Assembly (NCBI GenBank): GCA_023213395.1 | Contig: CM041465.1 | Location: forward strand, 205,165,741-205,229,740 | Source: Cycas panzhihuaensis | Taxonomy: Eukaryota; Plantae; Cycadophyta | Direction: 5' to 3' | DNA length: 64,000 nucleotides | Shown: positions 40,301 through 54,700 of the stretch, piece after piece | Position numbering within the stretch: position 1 is the first letter of the stretch | Layout: the number at the start of each line of letters is the position of its first letter | Position numbers and translations under genes: made by a program | Notes under the pieces: generated by a model | What the model was told of the DNA's origin: nothing | Databases searched by the model: none | The model's input: only the letters and a program-made list of their open reading frames with translations

Positions 40301-41821
40301 TTAACTATTTAAAATATTTCTTTGCTTATGCATTCTACTTAAAGGATTCTTTCTTAAGGAAATTTGTAAGGATAGTCTTTTGTTATGTATATATTTTTAT
40401 AGATCATAAATAATATCTTATAAGCCCTAAAAATCCTCTAAATTTGATGATATTCATGATTACGGATCATTATAGAATGACTTTGATATTTATAAGACTA
40501 ACCTTGACTTCTCTACTAGAGATAATATGACCAATGTACTTGACCTCATTCTTTATGAAACAAGACTTGGAGTGCTTTTACATATAAGTGGTTTTCTCAT
40601 AGCAAGTTTAAGACCTTTTTAATGTAGATGATATGATCTCTCCATTGCCTACTATATATTATAATATTGTCTAAAAATATAAGAATAAATTCATAAAAAT
40701 AGCATCAAAATCTTATTCATCATTGCTTAGAATAACACTAAAACATTCATGAGACCAGAAGATGTTACTTAACCTTATAATATTCATGATGACTATAAAA
40801 ATCTATTTTTGAGATATTTTCTTCTCTAATCCTAACTTAGTAATAACTTGTGTACATATATATATTTTTTTAAATATTTAGTTGCATGAAAGTCACTTAA
40901 TAATTTATCAATTCTTAAAATTAGAGAAATGATATTTTATTATAGCCTTATTAGGGGCATAATAGTTGATGAGCATATAAAAGAAGCCATCTTTTTTATA
41001 AACCAATACCATTGGTATCATAAATAGACTCTTATAAAATGTTATTACTTCATGGTGTGGATATTTCTAAGGTTTGACTACTATGGGATTTATGCCAATC
41101 TCTAACTTGATTATGTATTACATTTTGTATTTAGGGGGTATTCTTATAAGGAGATCATATAAGACTTCACCATATTTATTAATTATTTCCTATAGTTATG
41201 ATTCATCCTTGACTTCTTCTTCTCTTTTGCTTATAGTATGAATAATTTCTCTATAAAACTAGCATGTCCCTTACATATAAGTTTTTCTGTAAGATATTAT
41301 AACACTATTTTTATTTCCACTAAACCTTTCCATTACAACATAAATCACCTTCCCTTATGATTATATCTCATAAAGAGTTTATCTAAATTCATCTAAAAGG
41401 CTCCTTATATTTGTAACCATTAGTACCTTAGGACTCTGTCTACTCCTTACACACTAATGATGTAAAATTTTTCATTTAAGGTCATATCTTCAATTTCTAA
41501 TCTAAGGGTTTTAAGCTTGCCTTGGCTTGAGATATCTTATCTACTACCTAGAAAAACTTGGAATTTAGGTATTTGCATTGGAAATAATTATAAGAATTAT
41601 GTTATAAATTGATCCTTATAGTTTTGGTGCTTCCTAGATCAATTAGGATTATTATTGGTTGCTTCTTTATATATCCTTGTAGCTTGAGTATATTAAGTCC
41701 TATTAGATCTAACTTTTTTTAGAATGATATCTAGAGGGAATATTTCTCTATGTTTGGGTTTTTTGGTGAACTTTCTAATTTGAATTTATCATATTAGAAA
41801 TTTTAATTCTTTCTTATACCA

Positions 41822-43600
41822 TGTTAGAATATATTTATTATGCATAGTGAAAGCATATCAATTAAGTATAATAAATTAATTATATCACGAGCATTATGTA
41901 CATACATGATGTATTATAACATAAATATATCAAACAATATCATGAACATAAAGTAATATCATATCAATGAGTATGCACCACAAGAGATAATAGATTGATA
42001 CATGGAAAACCCAAGATGGGAAAAACCATAGGAGAAGGTTAGAGTCTTTAAGAGCTCTAATTTATAATGAACTTCAAATGATTACATCTCAAAACTTGAT
42101 ACTTTTTAAACCTTTCTCAAGTTCTTAAGTGGTGTATGTAAATATTTATAGATTGTATCACCTCATGAATAGCCTACAATATCTTTGAACCTTTTCACCA
42201 TCTAATAGGATGTATATAAATATATGTGCATGCCATAACTATTGATACTTTTAGGTGTAGGATTATGTAAGACCATATCATTGTATTAAATATTAGATAT
42301 ATGAGAATAACTATATATTCTAACACTCCCACTTAATAATTAGTGTTTTTATGTGAGACTATAACCTTATATTAAATATTAGATATATGAGAATAATTAT
42401 ATATTCTAATACTCTTACTCTTTATACTCATCCTTGGTCTTTATTTCTTCATGTTTTTTCTTTATGTTAAAATTTATAAACTTGTATTAAATTGTATTAC
42501 AGTGTATCAATCTAAGTTAAGTTGTATCACCTATAACCTATAAATCTATCAATATCGCACTTATCTCCTATAAGTAATTAGTCTATAACTATTTATAGTT
42601 AACTATAATTATTAATGACTAGTTATGAGCAACCATGATCAATCACCTATAAAACTTATAAAACCATAATTAATTAATTAAATAACTAATCTCAATCCAT
42701 GACTTTTACTTATCATATTTATATGAAGTTTTCCCCTCGACAACTTCATATCTTCACTTGTAATGTTGTGATAAATATTAATATTATTAATATATCATCT
42801 CAATGATCTTATAAATAAAATGATTGTTGATATCTATATAAAACAATAACCATCTACTAAAATACATAGGTAACCAACAACTATAATCACTAGTTATCTA
42901 GAATTTATTTCTTGTATGTGATTTATTAGTAAATAAAAGAACACTAGTTGTTAAGCTAATATATTATACAAAAGTAACATAAATATCTCATCTCTTGTAT
43001 ATGATAATAATAACACTTGAGCAACTTATGAAACTTTTTCTTACCTCTTGTATATAAGATATATATATGTGCTTACTCCATATGTGCACACATTAGCAAC
43101 TTTATTTTGCCAACTGATATATATTACCAACATCAATAAATCAATATACTAAACATACTAACTCTAGGAATAGATTGTACCACATGACCAAGTCAAGTTA
43201 GTTATCATAAGGTAATGCAAATAATATGTTCCAATGCCTCTTGCCATACATGATAAATTATATCTCTCTTTGATAAACATATATCATATATTAGTTGGAC
43301 TCTTCAACAACTAATTTTGGTATGCCAAGTAATCAATATATGAGACTACTTCTCCATGTCTCATGAATAAGTGGGTAAATAGAATAATTTTTACTTTTCA
43401 ATAAACAAACACTAGGCCCTTTATCAATAAAAATTAGGTGGTATCATCAATTATTATCATTAATAAATCAAGTTATCATGACATTTTATTAGAGATTATA
43501 GTTCCACTTATCAAATGTGTAACTTCTAAGGAGGATTTTCATCTTGCCCAATATAACCAAGAAACCCACATCAATTTTTTATGTAAATAGGCCATGGCTT
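41822..43600 (-). mobile_element. Truncated Ty1/copia element F (LTR 41822-42325 plus duplicated LTR start to 42411; pol remnants)
   Basis: Perfect terminal inverted repeat tgttagaatata/tatattctaaca; PPT (rc ctcccacttaa); decayed integrase and GAG-pre-integrase sequence. Right end uncertain. Confidence 0.7.
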
Positions 43601-45829
43601 ATTTAGTTACACAAGGTGAAATATGGTGTATTAACTCTAGTGGACTACCAAAATTATCTAACATAATTTTAATGATAGTGATGCTCTTCACATAGTAATG
43701 GCAAATTGGAAAATTATATAAGTAGCTTTCTTTAGTGCATCTACAGTGATCAATAGAGAAGATGGGTAGTTAAGATTGATACAAATATCATGTCATCACT
43801 ACATTTGTATTTTATTTTTGATATTTAGTAAGTTTATAGCATGAAGAATCTATATGTGGAGGCAGGGCAACTTATAAATTTAAATAAGAATATGTCATGA
43901 TTTTAATACATGGAGCTATGGATTGCATGCATTCTTATTTTGTTCTTCTCATGGTTGATTGCTTTATCCACCTTCAGATGGCGACTATGTTTCTTCATTT
44001 TCTCCTCTAATTTGTTTGCATTTTTCATAGTTGAACTATGAAATTTTTTTACTTGGATGTCTATGAAAAGAACATTGATATATAATTAAATTAGCCTATC
44101 CTAAGTCATATCATAAACTTCATACATTAATTAAAAGAAGGTGTTGTCATGTTTTTCCACCAATTATATCTACCTTAACTTCTTAGCTCATAGTAGGTAA
44201 TCGATATTTGATGTGGCTTTGAGTCATTTTATGAATAACCTAATAGACTTTTCTCATGAGGGAGTTTGATTCATGAAACTAGTTGTTTTAAGTTCTACCA
44301 TCATTCATATGTAATGGCATCCAAGTGCAGGATGGAAAGGGAGGCCTTCTCACTATTTCTAATTGCAAGTGTTATTTAATTTATTGAATTTATGCTCTCA
44401 ATTCTTAGGAATCTTATTCTTTGTTAAATCATTATACTATCAAATTTTTAAATTTCTTTTTCCTATGTATCTAGAGAGCTTATAGGTAATGGAAGTAAGA
44501 GTTGAATGGAATTGAATTTTGGTCTTTTATCAAAAGGTTTTTTATAGTAATTTAGATATCTTATTATTAGTTTATTCATTTCCTTAGTTAAAGAATATGA
44601 AACCTCATTCATATTTTTAAATTAGGATTGTTGAGTTTCTCTAGTATTATCTCTCATCATATGATGATGCCATTCATAAGAACTTCACTCTATATCTTTA
44701 TTATTTCATATATTTCATGATTTGATTATGGATTTTGCACCATTCCCTTGCTACATACTCTTAGTATTCTAGGATTAATATGAGAGATCTATCATATGTT
44801 ATAATTATGTTAATATTTCTTACAATGATTCATTCAACTTTATACTTTCAATGGCATATGCCATTATTTTAAAGATAACTTCCCCTAAGTTGGCATCTAA
44901 TTCTACAACTTCTTGCACATATTCTATGTCCATCCTTGTACGATCCATTAGGAAGGATAATGTCTGGATTACAAAAACTAATGGCTTTTATGACAATGAC
45001 AAATGACTACCTAGAAGTGGTGGGGTTCCTTATGTGATTTCTAAATTCTTGTTTTTCTATATAAGAAGTTTATAAATGATCAAATCACTTGAAGAGAAAT
45101 TTTACACCAAAATTTTTCACAATAATTGGATAAAGACTAATTGAGAGTATGTCCTATGTGACTAAATATATCTCAAGGAATCTAAACGTAACTATCTCTT
45201 AATGGTATTTTATTGAAACTTTAAATATGATATAATGTTTGTATAGGCATAAACATTAAATTATCCTATGTGATTAGTTAAAATGATGGTAGGAACAAGG
45301 GATTAACTATCAAAATCATATGAAAATTAAAGGAAATAATAGCAATAAAATAATAATAAGAAATAGTAGCAAAAATATTAAATGAAAACTAGTAATAAAA
45401 TGATAGTAACTAATAAGATAATAAAATTATAATAAATAATAAAAATATGGTAATAAAATTGATAAATAATCCTAAGTGGGTATATGAAATATGTTAATAG
45501 TCTTATTGATGACTAAGTTCTAACTAGTAAGGAGGCTAAATTTATACTAAATAAAACTAAAGTAGAAATGAAATTAATAAGATAAAGAAATAATAACAAG
45601 CACTATAATAACCACAAGATAGTAACCATCATCAACTAAGAGAAAAAAATTAATAAATAAATAACAACTAGCAATTATCAAATAGAACCAACAATGAAAA
45701 CTAAAATAATAATGATAAAGTCATGGTATGATAAGTTAACTATAGTAACAAAACTACACTAAGGATATGATGGTAGATACATAATAATTAAACAAAATAA
45801 TAAATAATGCCATAATTAATTTTTACTAA

Positions 45830-46620
45830 TATTCATATGAATAAAGCTTCATCTACTAGACCACATGGGTAACCAACTATTGTGACTTCTAATTCTATAA
45901 GAAAATTCTTTGGGTATATGGCTTTTCCAACATCTATCAACTATCTTAGGAATAAGTTAAACTACCTAGCTAGATAAATGGGTTGAGTAACAAGGGTAAC
46001 ACACCCTCCTACCCTTTGTGAAATAGGTACTGAATAATAGTTTTGTTAGGAACACATCTCTAAAAACATATTTAATGGGTTTTCATAACTTTATATACCT
46101 TATAAACTTACCATAAATAGGTTGATAAGATCCAATAATTAACATAAACATGAGATATGATTCAAGAAATATATTAAATAACTCTCCCCTAAAATATTAT
46201 TAACAACATAAGTTCTTTAGATTCTAAGCCTATAAAATAAATTTTATGTTTTCCTTCTCCTTTAGGGTTACATCTCATCAATCAAATAATTTAGAACCTT
46301 TAAAAAAACATAAAAATGCCTAAATGTAATGAAAAGCCCATGAAAAATAATGTTTTTAACCTTTGTTTTTATTTTAGACTAAATTTTCTATAATGAAATG
46401 CCTTCAAAGTGCTTCAAATGACCTATCAAGTTGAAAAGAGATGAGTCTACTTCTCAACATAATTTTTGAAACCAAATTTTGACTCCTCAAGCTTAAGTTA
46501 TTATTGAAAATGTGAAGATAACTTCTTAACAAGTAAAGAGGGCCAAAAAATTAGCTATTAAGCTATGATTATGTATGTTCACTATGTGACAAGCTGATTA
46601 TCTATAGGGCCTTTGTAGAT
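45830..46620 (-). mobile_element. Copia fragment (GAG-pre-integrase/INT start plus non-coding internal region)
   Basis: Decayed HKG...LEKPYTQRIF...LVTHVV motif; the flanking AT-rich block resembles the copia internal region at 1800-2150. Confidence 0.4.
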
Positions 46621-46693
46621 TTCAAATCTTAATACTTATAAACATACATACATACATACATACATATCTAACTATATATATATATATAAGATA

Positions 46694-47175
46694 TGTTGAA
46701 CACTTTGCAGGTGATACATGGGTATAAGTGTTATAACTAAGACCCTTTGTAGGGGCTCATTGTAGGGCCCTCGGTGGAGGGTCTAGGAGGTCAGCGACCC
46801 CCCAGGTGGGGGTTTGGGGGTGGAAGCTCTCGAGAAAAATTTTTGGGTCTTTCATGGGAGCCTTTGTTGGCCCATGGTTTAGGTCCATTGTATTGTAAAA
46901 CTACAAAATTATATCTTGTAATGTTGTGTCTATATATTCTTATGTAATGGCACATGTAACATAATGATATGGTAGATGAGCTGAGTAGAAGAGTTGGGGT
47001 TTATTCATCTCTATAATTCTTTAGTTATTGCTTAGATTAATAAAAGGTCTATGCTTAAACCTAAATCCCTTAGTGTTCTTTGTTGAGTGCTTTATTTGTC
47101 TATATTATTTATTCTTTGTATGGTTTAAAGTTCTATTATCACATTGCTTCTATGGTTATATTTTTCTCTTTAATA
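46694..47175 (+). mobile_element. Solo LTR (~480 bp) in a microsatellite
   Basis: TGTTGAA...TTTAATA ends (decayed TTCAACA); GC-rich gggtctaggagg...cccccaggtgggggtttggggg motif; TATA and AATAAA signals; no PBS or PPT. Confidence 0.65.
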
Positions 47176-47471
47176 CATACACATATATATATACACACAC
47201 ACACACACACATACACACACACACACACATACATACATATATACATACACACATACACACATACATACATAGATATATACATACATACATACATATATAT
47301 ATATACATATACATATACACATACACATACACATACATACATATACATATACATACATACATACATATATATACATACACATATATACATATATATATAC
47401 ATATATACATATACATATACATATACATACACACACACACACACATATATATATATACACACATGTATATG

Positions 47472-47506
<35 letters not shown>

Positions 47507-47584
47507 ATACATATACATGTACATGTATATATATACATATACATACATATACATATACATGTATATATATATATATATACATAC

Positions 47585-47633
<49 letters not shown>

Positions 47634-47717
47634 CATATATATATACATACATACATATATATATGTATATATATATGTAGATATATGTACATATATACAT
47701 ATATATATACATATATC

Positions 47718-47790
<73 letters not shown>

Positions 47791-47869
47791 GTATATGTAT
47801 ATGTATGTATGTGTGTGTGTGTATGTGTGTATGTGTGTATGTATGTGTATGTGTGTGTATGTGTGTGTA
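47176..47869. repeat. Compound (CA)/(TA)/(TG) microsatellite, ~690 bp
   Basis: Directly visible. Confidence 0.98.
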
Positions 47870-48261
47870 AGGAGAATAGGGCAGAGCATAGAATAATATT
47901 CAATAGATCAATAGATCAATACATTGTTGTAGCATAAACACATGAAACTTCTATATTTAATCCATTGTGAGAAGTGAGCATTACAAATTTCCCAAATGAA
48001 GGCAGTGTCTAAAGACACCAGAGTTGCACACCCCTCAATATTTATAATTTTGGGGGAGAAGAGAAACTCTTCAATCCCTGGAATTTAAATTAATAATAAA
48101 ATAATACTAACTTAACTCAAATGAAACTAACTCAAATTAACATTAACTTACCTTAACTTACCTACATATGTTGAGCACCCACATGTGTAAAATGATGTTG
48201 ATGAGATGTACAATCCTAGTTGGAAGGTGGGAGTGGAGTGATAACGATTAACTCCAACATT

Positions 48262-48996
48262 CTTCCCCTTAATAGTCATCATGAATACTTGTATATTCTC
48301 CTTGAACTTATGGAACTTGTATTTGAAAAAAACTTTGAAATTCTGATCTTGATCTTTATCAACTCTTCTCATCCTTATAGCTACATATGTCTCTTTACCA
48401 TAGAATGATATAAAAAAATTGTAAGTAAATGATGCTTGACTTGTATAAAAAAGAATAAGTACAACTTTGACTTTAACTTCTAGAAATTTAACTTTGATTG
48501 TCATATCATTAGGTCTATTTTCTTTCATATCATAAGATTCATTCTACATCATATCATAAGATTCATTCTCCATCATGTCATAATCTTCATTCTCTCCCTC
48601 AAATGGAGGATCAAGTACTTGTGTAGCAAGTTGGTTATGTATTTGATCTGAATCTTCATAGGTGTTATTATTATAATTCACATATTCTATCACCTGTCTC
48701 ATATGCTCATCAAAAATATCATCAAATACATGGAGGGTATCTCCCCCATAAGTGGAAATCAAAACATCCTAAATAGATTTAGAAGTAGTTAATTTATAAA
48801 CATTTGAAAAAACATCATCATTCATAGTGCAAAATAATAAACCTAATGCTTCATTGTCCTTTCTAAAATTCTCTTTAATACTTAAATCACATTCATGTTG
48901 TAAATATTTCAAAAGGTTATCTGCAATAAAATAATCTTGCATAGTTCTATACCATAGTAAAAAATTTTACCCATTAAATATAGGAAATTGTGTCAT
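48262..48996 (-). pseudogene. Copia Gag N-terminus + acidic linker + RNase H tail mini-ORF, decayed
   Basis: MTQFPIFNG*NFLLWYRTMQDYFIADNLLKY...RKDNEALGLLFCTMNDDVFS...; tail FKVFFKYKFHKFKENIQV. Same layout as 275-986. Confidence 0.72.
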
Positions 48997-50253
48997 TTTA
49001 TCAAAGAAACTTTAGTATATAAAAATATGTTTTTATCAAATCAAATAAAGTCAATAAGTGACTAAACTTATATGATGTCAAATATACTTTTCAAAAGAAA
49101 TATAATGCCTTTTGAAAATAAATGAACTAAATGTAATAAAGAAATAATAAATATAGAATCAACTTTGAAAACATATATCAATATCCTTTTAACGATATAA
49201 ATTTGAAATAAGACCTTAATCTTTGGATTTTCTTCAAATAAATAAATGTAAATTCTCAATGCAATAAATCCTTAGCCTTAATGATAATATATAATACTAA
49301 AAAAACTAAAATATATATATATTTTACTTTGAAAGATAAGGAGTATGAAGAAACTTTTTAAGAGAATGGTTAGAGGACAACCTCAAGTTTGGTTGCTTTA
49401 AAAGTATACTAAACGATGTTAGAAGAATATGAAACTTCACCGGTATGAACATTAATAAAATATGAATCTAATGGAACTGACTATTTTGAAAACAGGTTCC
49501 TATAAGTCAAGTTTGAATGATTTAAATGTACAGGCATCCTTTTGAGGTATAACATGAGCAGAGAGCTTAAAAAATTTATAAAAATGTTAATAAAACTTTA
49601 TATAATGATGTAAAAAGATAAAATATATCTTAGAGTGCTGCTTAATATGTTTTTAATTGAAAATTTTAAGAAATATATATAAAAAATATGTAAATATGGT
49701 AGATTTGAGGGTATTAAGTACCTCAACTTTGATGGAAGTGTTAGCTCGGTGGCGAGGAAGGCGAACGGCGAGGCGAACGACGAACAGAGAACCCTAATTG
49801 ATCCATAGGAAGCATCGATCCACTTGGCCCTAGCGGCTACAGCTAGGGCTTCACAGACGGGGTTCCCCAATCGATAGGGTATGGCAGGCGTCCAAGCTTG
49901 GGTTGGGTGATAGATAGAAAACCAAGGCAGATTGGGAATCCCCAGATCCAGATCTAGGGAGAGGAGGTGGCGTCGACGGGGTTGCCGGGGCAGATTTTCC
50001 AAGGGAGGACAGAGGCGTCTTTGGTAGAAATCAAGGAAGGGCGAGGTTTTGCCAGAGAATATTTCTAAAAGGAAAGGAGTAATCCGGGCCGTAACGTCCT
50101 GTGAAAGTCTGAGAGGGAAAGCAAGCGCCTCTTTTAGGCCCTGTTCTGCACAACTAGGGCTTCTGCAAGCTAGTGAGGGGCTGAACTTGAGGAAGGAGGC
50201 AAGTTCATTTCTTGTTCTTTCCATGTTGTGTTATTTTTTCCTAATTTAATATA

Positions 50254-51720
50254 ATGCAAGCTACACCTCAACAGTCTCAGTCCTCTTCACCGGGGAGGAC
50301 ATACATAGATGCATTGAGGAATGGAAACCAAACCGAGCCAGAAATTTATCCCATCAAAGTTGGTAATAGATACAAACTATCAATCCCTAAAGAGATTACA
50401 GAGCAAACTATTCAATATTGGGAGAATAACCTGGTGGGAAGGTTTTCTGGTCCCAGGCCAGGGTTGGATGTTATTCAGGATTGGGTCCGAAACAAATGGA
50501 AAACCAGGCATCCTGTTCAGGTTATGGCGATGCCCAAAGGCTGTGTACTTTTTAGGTTTGCTACCCAGGAGGACCTGATATTAATCCTGCTCAAATCTCC
50601 TTGGATGTTCGGGAGAAAGGCCATGACAGTGGAAAAGTGGAGCCCTGACTTCGATCCTGGGAGCCTGGTGATCAAACAAGCCCCGATCTGGGTGTAGATG
50701 CCTGGGCTTCCCTTGCACTTCTAGAATTCAGTGGCAGTTAAAGGGGCGGCCAGGATGATAGGGCCTCTTTTGGCAACAGATTCAGCAACTAGACATAGAT
50801 CCCGCCTCATGAACGCAAGATTCTGCGTATTAGCTAGATTGGATAGTGAGCTCCCAGAAGAGATCGAGATTGAATCTGACGGGAGGTCAATTATTCAAAG
50901 TTTATACTATGAAGTGGAAGGCTTCAAGTGTGACAAGTGTAAAATCTGGGGGCACCTTTCGTCCTGGTGCCCAGGAGTCCCTGCTAGGGAGGAAAATCAG
51001 GTGGAAGCCAAAGGGAAGGAGGGCGTTGATGCTGGAGGGATCAGGGAGGAGAGCTCAGGTTTAGGTCCCACAGAGATTGGCAAGGTTGGGGCCAATCCAG
51101 GATGTACAACCGCAAGCCCATCTAGCGGTTTGGCTTCGGGGGCGGTGAAGGATCTAGATTTGGATTGCCCCCCAGGCGCTGGGGTAAAGCTTGATGAGGG
51201 GGCTATTTTAGGTGAAGGAGATTTGGGGGCTCTCAGGGGGGATAAGGGAGGGGACCCAGAAGTTGTTCGCCCTGTCCCTGTTAATGAAGGGGATCCCCTA
51301 GCTTCCCCGCAGGTTGTCGGGAGCTCGAAGGGAGATGGTGAGCTTTCCATTACGCCAACTCTGGCTCAGGCCATGAAGACTATTAACTGGGACTTAGAGG
51401 ATGACCTCTTAGAGCCGGAGGAAGGTTCCCGGGAAACCCCAGAGGTGGGGGGTCTGAGTATGGATGTAGCTACAACTTCTTCTGGTGCCAGGGCTAGGGT
51501 CATGGACCAGGAGAAGGGTGGAGGGGGGATCCGTAGATGGGTATCCAAACCGGAGTAGAAGAAGGCTCCAGATTTTTGGGTGGAGAAGAAGGTGGGCAAG
51601 CCTCCTAAGAAGACGACGAGAGAGAAGGATACTCAAGCTCAGATTGATATGGGCCTACAGAGCACGTTAAAGGAAGGGGGGGTACTAGAGGGTCCCACCC
51701 TTAGAAGTAGAAAGGTTTGA
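50254..51720 (+). pseudogene. L1 ORF1 (DUF4283 + CCHC zinc knuckle), few in-frame stops
   Basis: LVGRFSGPRP...PWMFG...KWSPDFDP...PIWV*MPGLPL; CDKCKIWGHLSSWC. Confidence 0.92.
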
Positions 51721-51741
51721 GGTGGAGCCGTAGGGGTTTCC

Positions 51742-54700
51742 ATGAAAGTCATATCATAGAACATTAGGGGCCTTAACGCCCCTTCTAAACAGCGTCTAGT
51801 TAGGACTGTAAGGATGAGGAATGAGGCGGATATTATCCTCTTACAAGAGACTAAATTGGATCAGGCAAAGGAGAACGAGGTGCTCAAAAAGATTTGGAGT
51901 AGGGGAGAAGGTAGAACGGTAGCAGGTCAGGCTGGATCTCGAGGGTTGGTTTCCCTCTGGAATCCAAATAAGTGGAAAGCCCACTTGGTAAGACAGCAAG
52001 AGCACTTCTTAACAGTGGGCCTGGTTAGTTTGTGGTCCAACAAAGAGTTCTGGATCACTAACGTCTATGCCCCCACAACTGAGGGGGGTAGGAAGTTATT
52101 ATGGGAAAGACTGGTGGAGTCCCATAAGGACTAGGACAGCCCCTGGTTGGTGGCGGGGGACTTCAATACACCTTTGTGTCTAGAAGAGAAATCTGGCGGG
52201 CATTCCAGTTGGACCAGAAGTATGTCTGACCTTGGAGATTTCCTTCAAGTGGGAGGCTTGATGGATGTCCCCCTTGGTGGGGCAAGGTTTACATGGTCTA
52301 ACAGGCGTTTAGGCCATAATCACATCCAAAGCAGATTGGATAGGGTGCTAATTAACTATGAGTGGTCTTGTCATATCGAAGGAACCAAAGTAGTGGCTCT
52401 TCCGAAAATAGGCTTGGATCACACTCCTTTACTGTTCGAAGGAATCGACCCTGGAAATCATAAAGGGGCCCCTTTCCGTTTTGAACTTATGTGGCAAAGA
52501 CACCCGGATCTTAAGGATTGGATTAGTGAGTGGTGGGGTGTTAGAGTTCATGGTTCTGCTATGTATAAGTTCTCCAGGAAGTTAAATTGGGTCAAAAGAC
52601 AAGTTAAGATCTGGAACAAGGAGATTTTTGGAAACATATTTGAAGATAAAGCTGCCTTGTTATCGGAGCTTAATCGGATCAAGGACAGGATAGAAGTGGA
52701 AGGCAGGACCCAGATCCTGGACCATTTGGAGCATAGCACCTCAAGAATACTAGATGAGGTGCTGGCTAGGGAGGAGATTCACCGAAGGCGAAGTCCGTGG
52801 AGGCGGTGGTTAAGGGAAGGGGATAGGAACACCAAGTTTTTTCACATGTCCACTTTGAAGCACAGAGCCCACAACAGGATTAGTAAACTCCGTAGTAAGG
52901 ATGGGGTGCTTCATGAGTTGGAGGATCAATTTGGGGGCATTGCGATGGATTATTTTAAGGATCTTTTCACAGAGCCTGGATGTCAGGATCTAGGGCTTAG
53001 GGAAGGTCTTTTGCATCTCATCCTGAATGTGATCTCTGAGGCGTTAAACAACAAGTTGTTGGAGCCGTTTTCTCAGAAAGAAGTTGAGCTTGCTCTATTT
53101 AGTATGGGGAGAGATAAGGCTCCTGGACCGGATGGGTTCCCACCTGGTTTTTTCTAGGACTATTGGGAGCTTATAAAGGAAGATTTATTATCAGCGTTAA
53201 ATGAATTCTTCCTCAAACGGACCATCCTAAAAGAGTGGCAGGCTACCTTCCTAGTTCTGATACCTAAGAAGGAGGGAGCGGAAGCGATGGAGGACTTCAG
53301 GCCAATTAGTCTATGCAATGTTAAATATAAGATTTTAGCGAAAGTCCTAGCAAATCGTTTAAGGGAGACCCTCCCTGTTATTATATCACAAAATCAAGAT
53401 GGCTTTGTTAAGGGAAGGCAAATTATGGACGGCATTATTACAGTCCATGAAACTTTGCACTCGACCTTCCAGAGGAAAGAAGCAGGGATGATTATCAAAA
53501 CTGATATGTCCAAGGCCTACGACAGGGTGGCCTGGGATTGTCTTTTGGACTGCCTAAAAGTGTTTGGTTTTGGGGAGGTCTGGAGGGACTAGATGAAGTG
53601 CTGCATCTCTAAGGTTTCGTTCTCAGTGATCATAAACGAGAGATCTACCCCATTTGTGCCTGGATTTAGGGGATTAAGACAAGGCGATCCTCTCTCGCCC
53701 TTTCTATTTATAATCATGGCTGAGCTGTTAGGGAGAGCTACTCTGGAGGCCCAGAGGCTAGGATGGATTAAAGGCCTGAAGGCCACCTCTATACTGGACA
53801 ACGTTGTTCATCATCAGTTTGTGGATGACAATATCTTTTTGGGCAAGGCATCCTTGGAGGAGGCAAGGGCTTTTAAAGAAGGTCTTCAGGTTTATGAAAA
53901 AGCTACCAACCAGAAAATCAATCTGGGGAAGAGTTCAGTTTTCTTCATCAACACTCCAGACAGACACCAGAGGAGGATCAGTAGGATCTTGGAGATCCCT
54001 CGCAGATCCCTCCCAGCTTCATATCTGGGTATGACCCTCTTCGTGGGGAAGGGGAGGAAGACCATGTGGGACTCTGTAGTGAGCAGATTCAATAGAAAAT
54101 TGGAAGGGTAGAAAGGGACACTTCTTAGCTGGGTAGGTAAAATCCAGCTAGTGGCTGCCTCCCTCCAGAGTATCCTTGTGTACCAGATGTCTGTCTTCAA
54201 ATTGCCAGAAAAGGTAACCTCTACACTAGAGGGTATTATGAGGAGATTTCTTTGGTGTGGGGTAGAGGTTAAAAAGAGATTCCACTTAGTGTCTTGGGAG
54301 AAAGTGTGTAAACCTAGATGGGTGGGTGGGCTCAATGTTAGAAGACTGGGCCTCTTCAATACAGCGCTCCTGGCCAAGATAGGATGGAGACTCTTTAAGG
54401 AAGCAGATTCGTTGTGGGGGAGTATCATGGTGAGAAAATACCTTAGAGGTGATCATTTCTTGGTGGGGGAGGCCCCTTGCTCTGAGGGTTCACCAATATG
54501 AAAAGCCATCTACTCTACAAGGTTTATCCTGCAAGAAGGAGTGCGTTGGAAGCTGGGAAACGGGGAGTGCATAAGATTCTAGGAAGATAAATGGAGCGGC
54601 CCCTCTAAACTAGAGGATCTGCCTAATATTAGAGCTTTGAAGAGGGACTGTGAGATCCGCTATGGGAACTTAGTCAAGCATTACTGGACTGGGCAGCAAA

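Larger units (their letters stand above)
26850..44950 (-). mobile_element. Decayed chromoviral Ty3/gypsy element B, host of nested insertions (INT-chromodomain 27470-27878 and 38829-39850; RH/RT ~39900-41100; PR ~41400-41700; gag-like ~44200-44950)
   Basis: RFYGPY...IHNIFFVSCLK and LVK*...EDST chromodomain; GD*VYVCL|QPYK split by element C; LTR starts TGTAA at 27457 after the PPT. The 5' LTR was not found, outer limits are approximate, and assigning the gag piece to B is tentative. Confidence 0.7.

Noticed and set aside
47028-47937. Long ORFs rich in I/Y/H/T/C/V (also 2495-2854, 61169-61640, 63354-63903)
   Set aside because: Translations of stop-free dinucleotide microsatellites, not genes.
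52780-52810. Locally scrambled, CG-rich codons in the L1 (HRRRSPWRR instead of WRQKSR)
   Set aside because: Most likely a small compensated indel or a base-calling error at methylated sites.
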